A DNA stretch of 49,297 nt from Minisyncoccota bacterium (GTDB taxonomy: Bacteria > Patescibacteriota > Minisyncoccia > Phycocordibacterales > JAQTLZ01): positions 1-49,297 of the forward strand of contig JAQTTF010000002.1 of NCBI GenBank assembly GCA_028710915.1, written 5' to 3'. How positions within the stretch are numbered: the stretch's first letter is position 1; every line of letters starts with the position of its first letter. This document shows positions 28,520 to 37,346 of the stretch, one piece after another. The notes beneath the pieces were generated by a model. The model saw only the letters and a list, made by a program, of their open reading frames with translations, ran no database searches and was not told the DNA's origin. Made by a program: the position numbers and the translations under genes.

Positions 28520-28544
28520 AAAAAAAGCAGCGCCGAAGCACCGC
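28520..28544 (-). terminator. strand-specific intrinsic terminator of the 70-aa gene
   Basis: minus-strand RNA GCGGUGC-UUCG-GCGCUGC (two G-U pairs, so A-C mismatches on plus strand) followed by U7. Confidence 0.7.
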
Positions 28545-28572
28545 GTATCACCAGAGATTAATCATTAGCCAG

Positions 28573-28785
28573 TTAAGGTCCGTTGTTTTCTTTTCCGACG
28601 AAGAGATCGAGTAGGAAGTTCCCAGTGATCGAGGCCGCGACCATGGTCATTCCGACTCCCAAAGAAAACAGGACGAAAGCCTTCGTAAGCTCCACTTGTA
28701 CGCCCAACATTCCGCGAGCGTATTCAATGAGCAGAGCAAACGGCGTAAGCCAAAACGCCAAAAGAATCCTGCGTAGCCATTTCAT
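28573..28785 (-). CDS. orphan small membrane protein (70 aa, 2 TM)
   Basis: GGAGG 7 nt before ATG; own promoter and terminator; GC-richer than neighbours. Confidence 0.6.
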   Translation of the reverse strand: MKWLRRILLAFWLTPFALLIEYARGMLGVQVELTKAFVLFSLGVGMTMVAASITGNFLLDLFVGKENNGP

Positions 28786-28821
28786 CGTAAGCCCTCCGTT
28801 GGGACCAATTTCCCAATTAAA

Positions 28822-28850
28822 AATATAATAAAGAAATTAGAAAAAGTCAA
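28822..28850 (-). promoter_or_regulatory. promoter TTGACT-17-TATATT for the 70-aa gene
   Basis: plus agtcaa 28845-28850, aatata 28822-28827. Confidence 0.5.
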
Positions 28851-28966
28851 ATTTTTTAGACTCGAAACTATCCCCAGAAAGCTACAAAAATGCTTTCATT
28901 TTAAGGCTAAATTTGATATAATAAGAGTACCAAACAGGGTGTTTTTTATTGGTAAAAGCTCTCAAA

Positions 28967-31039
28967 ATGGCTCCAAAAGTGGCAGAAGAAAAGATAAAGA
29001 AGAATAACGGCTATACAGCGCAAGACATCACTGTTCTGGAGGGTCTTGAGCCTGTCCGAAAGCGCCCTGGAATGTATATCGGTACCACAGGACCAGACGG
29101 ACTCCATCACTTAATCACTGAAATTTTCGACAACTCACGCGATGAGGCGATGGGTGGTTTTGCCAATGATATTGAGATTGTGCTGTTACCTGGAAATAAA
29201 GTGCGGGTGACTGATAACGGCCGAGGAATCCCAGTGGACGTCCATAAATCTACAAAAGTTTCTGCACTTGAAACGATTATGACTACTCTCCACGCTGGAG
29301 GAAAATTCGGCGGAGAAGGGTACAAAGTTTCCGGAGGTCTTCACGGAGTGGGTGCATCTGTGGTGAACGCACTTTCTATTTATACGCAAGTGATCGTACA
29401 TCGAGATGGCGGGAAGTACATGCAGGAGTATAAGCAGGGAAAGAAAAAGGCGGCGGTTAAAAAAATTGGTTCCTCAAAGCTTCATGGCACCATTGTCACT
29501 TTTGAACCAGATATTGAGATTTTCAAAGAAATTAAATTTGAGTGGAACAAAATCGTTTCTCATATGCGCCAGCAGGCGTACCTTGTGAAAGGCCTTAAAA
29601 TCAGTGTCATTGATGCGAGGGAATCTAAAGATCTCGAAAAAGTTGATTTGTCAGACATCTTTTATTTCCGAGAACTTGGGCGAGATTATCCTTCATTTAC
29701 TTTCTATTTCGAAGGGGGTCTCATGTCTCTCATTAAATTTTACAATCAAACTCAGAAGCCGATTCATAAAAATATTTTCTATGTCGAAAAAGAAGTCGAT
29801 AATGTCGCTGTGGAAGTCGCGCTTCAGTATGTTGATGACATAAGCTCGCGCGTTTTGGCATTTGCAAACAATATTTATAACTCCGAAGGAGGAACGCATA
29901 TTACTGGTTTCAAAACTGCTCTCACTCGAACACTTAATAATTATGGAAAAGGCGATAGTAAAAATAACGAAGATAATTTTACGGGAGATGATGTTCTCGA
30001 GGGATTGACCGCTGTCGTATCAGTAAAGATCCGCGAAATTCAATTTGAAGGTCAGACAAAAGCAAAGCTCGGGACTGTGGAAGCCCAATCAGCCGTGAGC
30101 TCTGTCTTTGGAGAGGCGTTTGCAGCATTCCTTGAAGAGCATCCAGATGATGGACGAGCGATTGTCAATAAAGTGATTTTGGCTCTTAAAGCGCGTAAAG
30201 CGGCTAAGGCAGCAAAGGACAGCGTCCTTAGAAAGGGAGCACTCGAAGGGATGACTTTGCCAGGAAAACTCGCGGATTGCCAAAGTAAAGATGCATCAGA
30301 ATCGGAGGTATTTATTGTAGAGGGAGATTCTGCAGGAGGTACCGCAAAGACTGGCCGTGATAGGCGAGTGCAAGCCGTGTTGCCTCTTCGAGGAAAGATT
30401 TTGAATATTGAGCGGGCAAGACTCGATAAAATGCTTGCTTCAGAGCAGATCAAAAATCTTGTCGTCGCCGTGGGGACTGCAATCGGCGATACGTTTGATA
30501 TTTCCAAACTTCGCTATCACAAAATTATTATTGCTACCGATGCCGATGTGGACGGCGCGCATATTCGCACTTTGCTTCTTACCCTTTTCTACCGCTACTT
30601 CCGTCCGCTTATTGATGGTGGATTTATCTACATTGCCCAGCCGCCGCTTTATAAAATAAAGAAAGGAAAAGAAATTCATTACGCCTATACTGACGAGCAG
30701 AAGGTGAAAATTATCGGTAAAGATGCTCCCGCAGAATTAGTTGAAGAAAGTTCTGAAGCTCTTCCGGAAGGAGATGAAGGTGAGGAAGATGAGGTAAAAG
30801 GAGGTACAGGTAAAAAAGCAGCGAAGATAGCAATTCAGCGTTACAAGGGTCTCGGAGAAATGAACGCAGAAGAACTTTGGGAGACCACGATGGATCCCGC
30901 TCGAAGAATTTTGAAACAAGTCCACATTGAAGACGCTCAAGAGGCAGACAAAGTATTCGATATTCTCATGGGCACGGATGTTCCAGCTCGTAAGTCGTTT
31001 ATTCAGTCGAATGCAAAACTGGCGAATATTGATATCTAA
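28967..31039 (+). CDS. gyrB: DNA gyrase subunit B
   Basis: LEGLEPVRKRPGMYIG, HLITEIFDNSRDEA, EVFIVEGDSAGG, IATDADVDGAHI; ATG 28967 preferred over TTG 28949. Confidence 0.95.
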   Translation: MAPKVAEEKIKKNNGYTAQDITVLEGLEPVRKRPGMYIGTTGPDGLHHLITEIFDNSRDEAMGGFANDIEIVLLPGNKVRVTDNGRGIPVDVHKSTKVSALETIMTTLHAGGKFGGEGYKVSGGLHGVGASVVNALSIYTQVIVHRDGGKYMQEYKQGKKKAAVKKIGSSKLHGTIVTFEPDIEIFKEIKFEWNKIVSHMRQQAYLVKGLKISVIDARESKDLEKVDLSDIFYFRELGRDYPSFTFYFEGGLMSLIKFYNQTQKPIHKNIFYVEKEVDNVAVEVALQYVDDISSRVLAFANNIYNSEGGTHITGFKTALTRTLNNYGKGDSKNNEDNFTGDDVLEGLTAVVSVKIREIQFEGQTKAKLGTVEAQSAVSSVFGEAFAAFLEEHPDDGRAIVNKVILALKARKAAKAAKDSVLRKGALEGMTLPGKLADCQSKDASESEVFIVEGDSAGGTAKTGRDRRVQAVLPLRGKILNIERARLDKMLASEQIKNLVVAVGTAIGDTFDISKLRYHKIIIATDADVDGAHIRTLLLTLFYRYFRPLIDGGFIYIAQPPLYKIKKGKEIHYAYTDEQKVKIIGKDAPAELVEESSEALPEGDEGEEDEVKGGTGKKAAKIAIQRYKGLGEMNAEELWETTMDPARRILKQVHIEDAQEADKVFDILMGTDVPARKSFIQSNAKLANIDI

Positions 31040-31047
31040 TTAGACAG

Positions 31048-31080
31048 AAAGCCCCGCGACCTTTTGGTCGCGGGGCTTTT
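31048..31080. terminator. bidirectional terminator between gyrB and CARDB gene
   Basis: aaagccccgcgacc-tttt-ggtcgcggggcttt, 14-bp stem. Confidence 0.85.
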
Positions 31081-31089
31081 GCATCTCTT

Positions 31090-32337
31090 TTAGTAGACAA
31101 CCGGAATCGAGATGTGGAGAGAATTATTATTCTCGTTCAATTCTCGGATTCTATTATTTTGATCAAGAGTAATTGTGACGGGAGCGTTGTAGTTTGCAGA
31201 AGGGTAATAGGTCGGGTAAGAACTGTAATTATAATTGTAAGAATTGTTCGAAGTTATATTATCAAACCCGATTGTAAGCACGATCCTGTCTCCTGGAGCG
31301 AGAGAAGGTTCATATCCTGATGAGTAGAAACTGTCGGTATAAGAGGGGAGATTTGCGCTGAATGTCCAAGGACCGGTAGCTCCACCTCCGATATTTGAAA
31401 CTTCAAACTGAACGGCCACTCTTTGGTTTGAAAGTATTTGTCCCGTTGGTGTAAATGCTCCTGTGTAAGGATCGAGAACTCCTACTCCTATTGCGCGAAT
31501 GGTGAGGTCTGGCAATCCACCTCCGTAATATCCGTTTGTAGGAGGATAGTATGTGTTTGTGTTTCCGTATACAGAATTTCCGGTGACATTAAAATATACA
31601 GTCCCCGCATTATTGTTTTTATTTGATTCAGATACAAGTCCTCCTTCGTCGACGCTTATTGTGACCGGCTGTCGTCCGGTGAGAATGTTGTCGAATCCTA
31701 CAGTAAACTCCATTCTTTCACCGGGAGCGAGTGAACGTTCAGTGGGCGAAGCGTACACGTCTTTGCCAAGAGATACGGGCATAAGCATAGTGAAATTCCA
31801 TCCGCCAGAAGCTTTATCTCCAGAATTCACAACTTCAAATCGTACTGCGGCTCGTTCGCTTGCATCCATCGAGCTTCTCGCTGTGAAGACATTTGCATTT
31901 CGATCGATGACTCCTGTGCTCAAAACATGCAAGACCAAATCTGCTTTGCCATTCTGATTATATTGATTATAGGTGACGATCGGCGCTGGTGTAGGGCTTG
32001 TATATGAAGTAACGGGGGAAGGAGTCGGTGTTGGCGCTGGAGTGGTTACAATAACAATCGGAGTTGTTTTCGGAGTAGGGGATGTGCTTGTAGTAGGAGG
32101 AACTCCTTTTGGTTTAAAAATAGAAGAGACAGAAACTGAAACCGAAGCAAGAGAAGAGAAAATAGACGGTGCTATTTTAATCACCGCATAGCTGCCGACG
32201 ATTATAAAGATAACAATAACTCCTATGAGGAAGCCTTTTTTGGCAAATTCTTTCACCTCGCTTTTTTTAGGAGGTTCTTCGTGAAAATTTTGACCCAAAT
32301 CGGGATTTGGCTCGTTTGTGTCTGGTGTATCTGACAT
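31090..32337 (-). CDS. N-terminally anchored surface protein with Pro/Thr/Ser-rich linker and two CARDB-like domains
   Basis: TM near N-terminus, TTSTSPTPKTTP..TPAPTPTPSP linker, two repeats ending ..D..N.I.E.NE.NN typical of CARDB. Confidence 0.65.
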   Translation of the reverse strand: MSDTPDTNEPNPDLGQNFHEEPPKKSEVKEFAKKGFLIGVIVIFIIVGSYAVIKIAPSIFSSLASVSVSVSSIFKPKGVPPTTSTSPTPKTTPIVIVTTPAPTPTPSPVTSYTSPTPAPIVTYNQYNQNGKADLVLHVLSTGVIDRNANVFTARSSMDASERAAVRFEVVNSGDKASGGWNFTMLMPVSLGKDVYASPTERSLAPGERMEFTVGFDNILTGRQPVTISVDEGGLVSESNKNNNAGTVYFNVTGNSVYGNTNTYYPPTNGYYGGGLPDLTIRAIGVGVLDPYTGAFTPTGQILSNQRVAVQFEVSNIGGGATGPWTFSANLPSYTDSFYSSGYEPSLAPGDRIVLTIGFDNITSNNSYNYNYSSYPTYYPSANYNAPVTITLDQNNRIRELNENNNSLHISIPVVY

Positions 32338-32343
32338 GGCGGT

Positions 32344-32372
32344 ATTATATGATACTATTTATTTTCTGTCAA
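32344..32372 (-). promoter_or_regulatory. consensus promoter TTGACA-17-TATAAT, 6 nt before CARDB-gene ATG (leaderless)
   Basis: plus tgtcaa 32367-32372, attata 32344-32349, start 32337. Confidence 0.7.
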
Positions 32373-32414
32373 CTATTTCTGGTCGGAACCAATTTTTCGT
32401 GATATATTCATGTG

Positions 32415-33056
32415 ATGACGTTGGATCAAGGTAACAATATCATTGTCAAAAACAAGTTTCTATTTCTGGGAGTCTTTTTCCTTGTTTTTTTTGTGTCTTT
32501 CGGCGTTCTCTATTTTCTTGGATTTATACCTTCGGAACTTGCTCCGACAAATGAAGAGCCATCTCTTCCAAGTGGGGCGGTGAGCGATTCTTCTCCCGGC
32601 GCCTCGCCGATACCTTCAGGCGATGAGCCGCTTCGCATTGCTATTGCAAGCATCGGAGTCGATTCTCCTATACGAAATCCTTCAAGTACGGATACAGATG
32701 CGCTTGACGCTGAACTTCTGAAGGGTGTTGTGCATTACCCTGGTTCAGGGTTTCTAGGAGAGGGGAATATGTTTCTCTTTGGTCACGGATCAAATCTTCC
32801 CGTCATTCACAATCAGGCCTATAAAGTATTCACCCAGATAAAAAATCTCAAACAGGGCGATGTTGTGCACGTCTTTTCTCAAACCAAAGATTATTCTTAC
32901 ACGGTTTCGAAAGTGACTCTTGTGGATGCAAGTAACGCGCTTATAGATTTCTCTACAAAGAGAAATATGCTTACGCTTTCAACGTGTAATACCTTTGGTG
33001 CAAAACAGGAGCGCTATGTTGTTGAGGCGGATTTCTCCGGAAGCAAGGATTTGTAA
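32415..33056 (+). CDS. sortase-family transpeptidase
   Basis: N-terminal TM; FLFGH (His), LTLSTCNT (TLxTC Cys), ERYVV (Arg); ATG 6 nt after TGaTATATT. Confidence 0.8.
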   Translation: MTLDQGNNIIVKNKFLFLGVFFLVFFVSFGVLYFLGFIPSELAPTNEEPSLPSGAVSDSSPGASPIPSGDEPLRIAIASIGVDSPIRNPSSTDTDALDAELLKGVVHYPGSGFLGEGNMFLFGHGSNLPVIHNQAYKVFTQIKNLKQGDVVHVFSQTKDYSYTVSKVTLVDASNALIDFSTKRNMLTLSTCNTFGAKQERYVVEADFSGSKDL

Positions 33057-33100
33057 ATTTTTCTGGGTTTTCGTCATGTTCTCCTTTGGTCCGAAAGTAC

Positions 33101-33129
33101 TTGACAATATTCTCTATATGCTATATAAT
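33101..33129 (+). promoter_or_regulatory. consensus promoter TTGACA-17-TATAAT for the PKD-like repeat protein (about 60-90 nt leader)
   Basis: TTGACA 33101-33106, TATAAT 33124-33129. Confidence 0.65.
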
Positions 33130-33198
33130 GATAGTGTTAGTAACGAAAAAGGCTTAAAAACGGCTTCATTAATAGCTATTTAGGCGATTCAAAATATC

Positions 33199-34878
33199 AT
33201 GCAAAACATTTTTTCAGTAAAAAATAATATGGCGAAAATAATGGCGGGCGCTCTTGTGCTTGTCGTCGCTCTTTTCTGTACAGTACTTCCTTCTATCGCA
33301 AAAGCTGATGATTATGGAAATGCTGATTACGGTACGACCTATAACGCTGATTATGGTACCTCCTACAATGCCGACTACGGTACAACTTACAATGCGGATT
33401 ATGGCACGACTTATAATGCCGACTATGGTACTTCCTACAATGCGGATTATGGCAGTACTTATTCAGATAATACTGGCTGTACTGATTGCAATACAGCTAA
33501 CTATTCTGACTATAATAATTACAACAGCGGTTGTACCGATGGTTGTGATACTAGCTATTATAACAATTACTCATACGACAGTGGTTGTTCTTATGGTTGT
33601 TATGGAAATTACAGCTATGGTTGTACTAGCGGATGCAATACTTATATTCCTCCGCATTACAATCCTCCTCACTACACTCCTCCACCAACTCCTATTCCGT
33701 ATCCGCAACTTTCTGTTTCGTGTTCATCAAGTGACTCAAATATTCAGATTGGCGATTCTGTAACATGGAGAGCTAATGTGAATGGAGGAAATGGCAACTA
33801 CTCATACAATTGGAGTGGCGATGCTTCTGGTTCTGGCCAGACAGTTTCAAGAACTTATAATAGTTCAGGAACAAAATATGCAACAGTTACTGTTACTTCC
33901 GGCAATCAAACGGGAAGTGCTACATGTAATACTTTTGTCGAAAATCAAAACAACAATAATCTCGACGCGTATTGTACTGCAAACGTCACTAACAACAATA
34001 ATAACGGCGATCAGGAAGTACGATGGACCGTTTATCCTTCAGGTGGAAATGGCAACTATCATTACAACTGGAGTGGAACTGATGGGCTCGATGGAAGTTC
34101 ACAAACTGTTTACAATACTTACTCAGATCAAGGAACAAAACGTGCAACAGTCGAAGTGACTTCAGATGGTCAAAGCATTACTCGGGATTGTTCAACGTAT
34201 GTTTCTGTAGATAATAATCTCTCGTTCTCTTGTTATCCTGACAGGAATCAAGTAGCTCTCGGCCAGCAAATGAACTGGATCTCGAATGTTTCTGGTGGAA
34301 ATGGAGACTACTCGTATTATTGGAGCGGCGCTGATGTGTTGAACACTAGAAATGAGACTGCTTCAGTCGTATACAATACGCCCGGTACGAAATATATGTC
34401 ACTTCGAGTTTCTTCAAATGGAAGAAGCACGACTCGTTCTTGCGGATCAGTATTTGTTTCAGGCGTTGCAGGATTTTCTGGCGGGGTGACTGTTACCAGT
34501 AATCCTGTAGCAGCTCCACTTTCATCCGCGGTCTACCTTTCACAGGTTCCTTATACTGGACTGGAGCTTTCTTGGAAACTTGTCGCATTCGTCGGTGCTC
34601 TTATTCTCTGGAGCGTATGGATCGCATACTTCATTATTCGAAAGAAAGTATTGCGCAATATGGCAAAGGATACTGCAACGGTCTCTTCTCTTGAAGAAGA
34701 AGCGCGAAAAGAAAATGTGGTTATCTCGGAGGATGCTCTTCAGTCAGTTATAAAGCGTGCAAAAGCCGAAAAGGTGATTGCAAGCGAAGTCTTGAAGCGT
34801 GTAATTGCGAAAGCAAAAGCCGTCTCTGGAAATGATTCTTGGATCGCGCTTTCAAAAGAGAAACTTAATAATCTCTAA
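33199..34878 (+). CDS. secreted repeat protein: octapeptide repeats, Cys/Tyr/Asn-rich region, three PKD/Ig-like repeats, VPYTG + TM + RKK, then 77-aa charged tail
   Basis: Signal-like AGALVLVVALFCTVLPSIAKA; three repeats of about 85 aa each with GGNG(N/D)Y.Y.WSG; start may be 33229. Confidence 0.7.
   Translation: MQNIFSVKNNMAKIMAGALVLVVALFCTVLPSIAKADDYGNADYGTTYNADYGTSYNADYGTTYNADYGTTYNADYGTSYNADYGSTYSDNTGCTDCNTANYSDYNNYNSGCTDGCDTSYYNNYSYDSGCSYGCYGNYSYGCTSGCNTYIPPHYNPPHYTPPPTPIPYPQLSVSCSSSDSNIQIGDSVTWRANVNGGNGNYSYNWSGDASGSGQTVSRTYNSSGTKYATVTVTSGNQTGSATCNTFVENQNNNNLDAYCTANVTNNNNNGDQEVRWTVYPSGGNGNYHYNWSGTDGLDGSSQTVYNTYSDQGTKRATVEVTSDGQSITRDCSTYVSVDNNLSFSCYPDRNQVALGQQMNWISNVSGGNGDYSYYWSGADVLNTRNETASVVYNTPGTKYMSLRVSSNGRSTTRSCGSVFVSGVAGFSGGVTVTSNPVAAPLSSAVYLSQVPYTGLELSWKLVAFVGALILWSVWIAYFIIRKKVLRNMAKDTATVSSLEEEARKENVVISEDALQSVIKRAKAEKVIASEVLKRVIAKAKAVSGNDSWIALSKEKLNNL
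33307..33468 (+). repeat. in-frame 24-nt tandem repeat (about 7 units) encoding (A)DYGT(T/S)YN
   Basis: Units differ mostly at synonymous positions (gattac/gattat/gactac ggt/ggc ...). Confidence 0.8.
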
Positions 34879-34886
34879 TTAAATAG

Positions 34887-34926
34887 AAAACAGTCCCGCC
34901 CTCTCTAGAGAGGGCGGGACTGTTTT
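34887..34926 (+). terminator. intrinsic terminator
   Basis: aaaacagtcccgccctct-ctag-agagggcgggactgtttt, 18-bp stem. Confidence 0.85.
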
Positions 34927-34962
34927 CGTGCCTATTTGTCCATAACGTATTAGTATAAAGGT

Positions 34963-36039
34963 ATGAAAATCTTGGAGAAAATTATTTTAATTCCACTTTT
35001 TCTTATTGCTGTGGGAAGCGTTGCCTCCGGCACGTTTTATTTTTTCTCGTATTTTGCGGATCAATCTATTCCAGAAACTGCCGCTATTATATCTCTTCCA
35101 ACACCGACTCCAGAAAAAGATGTGGAAATCGATGCAGTCGGAGACATTATGCTCTCTCGCACTGTCGCAAAAAGGATGAGGCAAAATGGGGACGACTACC
35201 CGTTTCGAAATATAAAAGATGAGATGGCTTCTGCGGATGTTGCTGTCGCGAATCTTGAAAATCCAATTACAGCCGGTAGGGAAATTCAAAATGGAGAAAT
35301 GGTTTTGCGCGCGAACCCCGGAGCCGAGCTGACTCTCAAAGATGCTGGTTTTTCTCTCGTCTCTCTAGGAAATAATCATTCGATGAATTTTGGCGAGAAG
35401 GGAATTCTTGATACGATGCGCTTTCTTTCAAATGCAGGCATCCTCTTTGCCGGCGCTGGAGCAAATAGTATTGATGCGACAGCGCCTGTTTTCGTTGAAA
35501 AAAGCGGAATCAAATTTGCTTTTCTTTCTTATGTAGACAGTTCATTTACTCCCGCTTCGTATGAGGCCACATCCCTTAAACCAGGCGTAGCTTTTATGAA
35601 CATTCCGGAAATGGAAGTTGCGGTGAGAGAAGCTAAACTGCAAGCAGATTTTGTAATTATTCTTATGCATGCGGGACTCGAATATTCTGCTAGCACCACA
35701 AAAGCACAGAGGGAATTTGCCCATGCCGCGATAGATGCAGGAGCTGAAATGATTATCGGGGCTCATCCTCACGTGGTGGAACCTCTGGAAAAATATAATG
35801 GCAAATATATTTTCTACAGTCTTGGAAATTTCATCTTCGATCAAGTTAATCCAGAGACAAAACGCGGACTTATGATAAAGGCACATTTTGCGAAAAGTGG
35901 AGTAAAAAATATTGAACTTGTCCCGCTTGTCATCGAAAATCTTTCACAACCTCGAGTTGAGACTCCTAGCGAGGTGGGGAATTTTTTCGACCGGCTTCAG
36001 TATCCGATTTCTACAGACCCAACTTTTTCTCAGAAATAA
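34963..36039 (+). CDS. CapA/PGA-capsule-synthesis-family metallophosphatase-like protein
   Basis: N-terminal TM; AVGDIMLSR, VANLENPIT, LGNNHSMNFG, GAHPHV motifs. Confidence 0.75.
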   Translation: MKILEKIILIPLFLIAVGSVASGTFYFFSYFADQSIPETAAIISLPTPTPEKDVEIDAVGDIMLSRTVAKRMRQNGDDYPFRNIKDEMASADVAVANLENPITAGREIQNGEMVLRANPGAELTLKDAGFSLVSLGNNHSMNFGEKGILDTMRFLSNAGILFAGAGANSIDATAPVFVEKSGIKFAFLSYVDSSFTPASYEATSLKPGVAFMNIPEMEVAVREAKLQADFVIILMHAGLEYSASTTKAQREFAHAAIDAGAEMIIGAHPHVVEPLEKYNGKYIFYSLGNFIFDQVNPETKRGLMIKAHFAKSGVKNIELVPLVIENLSQPRVETPSEVGNFFDRLQYPISTDPTFSQK

Positions 36040-36044
36040 AAAAC

Positions 36045-36069
36045 AGCGACTCGACGAATTCGAGTCGCT
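36045..36069. terminator. hairpin between convergent CapA-like and 95-aa genes (T-run on minus side)
   Basis: agcgactcg-acgaatt-cgagtcgct; minus strand continues GTTTTTTATTT. Confidence 0.7.
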
Positions 36070-36075
36070 CAAGAA

Positions 36076-36363
36076 CTAGTCAGCGAGCGTTTTGACTGTA
36101 CAAGCCCACATTGGCGGAGAAGCGCGCCACAGAGGCACCAACTTTACGGGGACAAAGCAGAGACCTTCTGGCCTCACTAGGAATGCTCCACCACCCTCGG
36201 CGTAATTCAACTTATATCCAAGCCGTTCGAGCGCTGATCTGAGAGAGTCGAACATACTTAGAATCTCTTTTCTCTCCGATTCTGTGAGACTTAGAATCAC
36301 AGGTTTCTTTCCCTCTCGATGCAGAGCATCGAGTTTTTCAGCGATCTGTTCTGGGGTTTTCAT
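36076..36363 (-). CDS. orphan 95-aa protein, GC-richer, strong SD
   Basis: GGAGG 7 nt before ATG; own terminator; no motif recognised. Confidence 0.55.
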   Translation of the reverse strand: MKTPEQIAEKLDALHREGKKPVILSLTESERKEILSMFDSLRSALERLGYKLNYAEGGGAFLVRPEGLCFVPVKLVPLWRASPPMWACTVKTLAD

Positions 36364-36584
36364 CTGTTTGCCTCCTTCGGGCGATGTTTGCGGACTGATC
36401 TGTCACAGGGAAAGAATTTCCCGGCTATGATGTCAGTCACCAAAAGTTGTGCCTTACTCAGCTGATCTCTCGGAAAAGGATCCTTGGTTTTTCTTAGGTC
36501 CTTTAAGTTCTGTTTCTATAAATAATAGTATCACGCGAGTTTTTTCATTACCATATTATGATTGGTTTGTGCTAAAGTAGCTCT

Positions 36585-37346
36585 ATGAAAAAGCAAAATA
36601 CCTCGTGGGGAAATGTTGCCGGATGGTATGACGATCTTCTTTCAAAAGATGCTGATAGTTATCAGGCGAAAGTGATCTTGCCCAATCTGCTCCGGCTCAT
36701 GGAAATTAAAAAAGGGGAATGGATATTTGATATTGCCTGTGGGCAGGGCTTTTTCTCGCGAGAATTTGTAAAGCTCGGGGCACATGTTGTCGGATCTGAT
36801 ATTGCTCCAGAGCTCATTGCAATTGCTAAAAAAGATGCGCCAAAGGAAGCTATTTTCCATGTTGGACCATCAGATAATATTTCATTCGAAGAAAATGAAT
36901 CTTTCGATAAGGCGGTTTGTATTCTTGCACTTCAGAATATCGAGAATCTTTCCGGTACTCTCGCTGAAGCAGCGCGAATACTCCGTAAAGGAGGAAAGCT
37001 ATATCTAGTTCTCAATCATCCGGCATTCCGTATTCCACAGAAATCCGGCTGGGAATTCGATGAAAAAAAGAAGATACAATTCCGCCGAGTAGACGAATAT
37101 CTTTCCGAATCCCATACCGAGATTGATATGCATCCAGGCAAAAAAGAAAGTGAACACACGGTCTCATTCCACCGCTCCCTCCAAGTTTATTTCAAAATGT
37201 TCAAGAAAAATAATTTTGCCGTAACCCGTCTTGAAGAATGGATTTCACATAAAGCGAGCCAAAAAGGCCCGCGCCAAGCAGCCGAAGATAAAGCTCGGAA
37301 AGAAATTCCACTTTTTCTTTTTTTGGAATTATTGAAAATTTCCTAA
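36585..37346 (+). CDS. class I SAM-dependent methyltransferase
   Basis: IFDIACGQGFFS (motif I), GSDIAPELI, LRKGGKLYLV; ATG 6 nt after TGcTAAAGT. Confidence 0.8.
   Translation: MKKQNTSWGNVAGWYDDLLSKDADSYQAKVILPNLLRLMEIKKGEWIFDIACGQGFFSREFVKLGAHVVGSDIAPELIAIAKKDAPKEAIFHVGPSDNISFEENESFDKAVCILALQNIENLSGTLAEAARILRKGGKLYLVLNHPAFRIPQKSGWEFDEKKKIQFRRVDEYLSESHTEIDMHPGKKESEHTVSFHRSLQVYFKMFKKNNFAVTRLEEWISHKASQKGPRQAAEDKARKEIPLFLFLELLKIS

Noticed and set aside
37343-37346. Convergent 4-nt overlap of the methyltransferase and dnaE stop codons with no terminator between them.
   Set aside because: It is real but ordinary for compact genomes and has no further structure. It is noted only for completeness.
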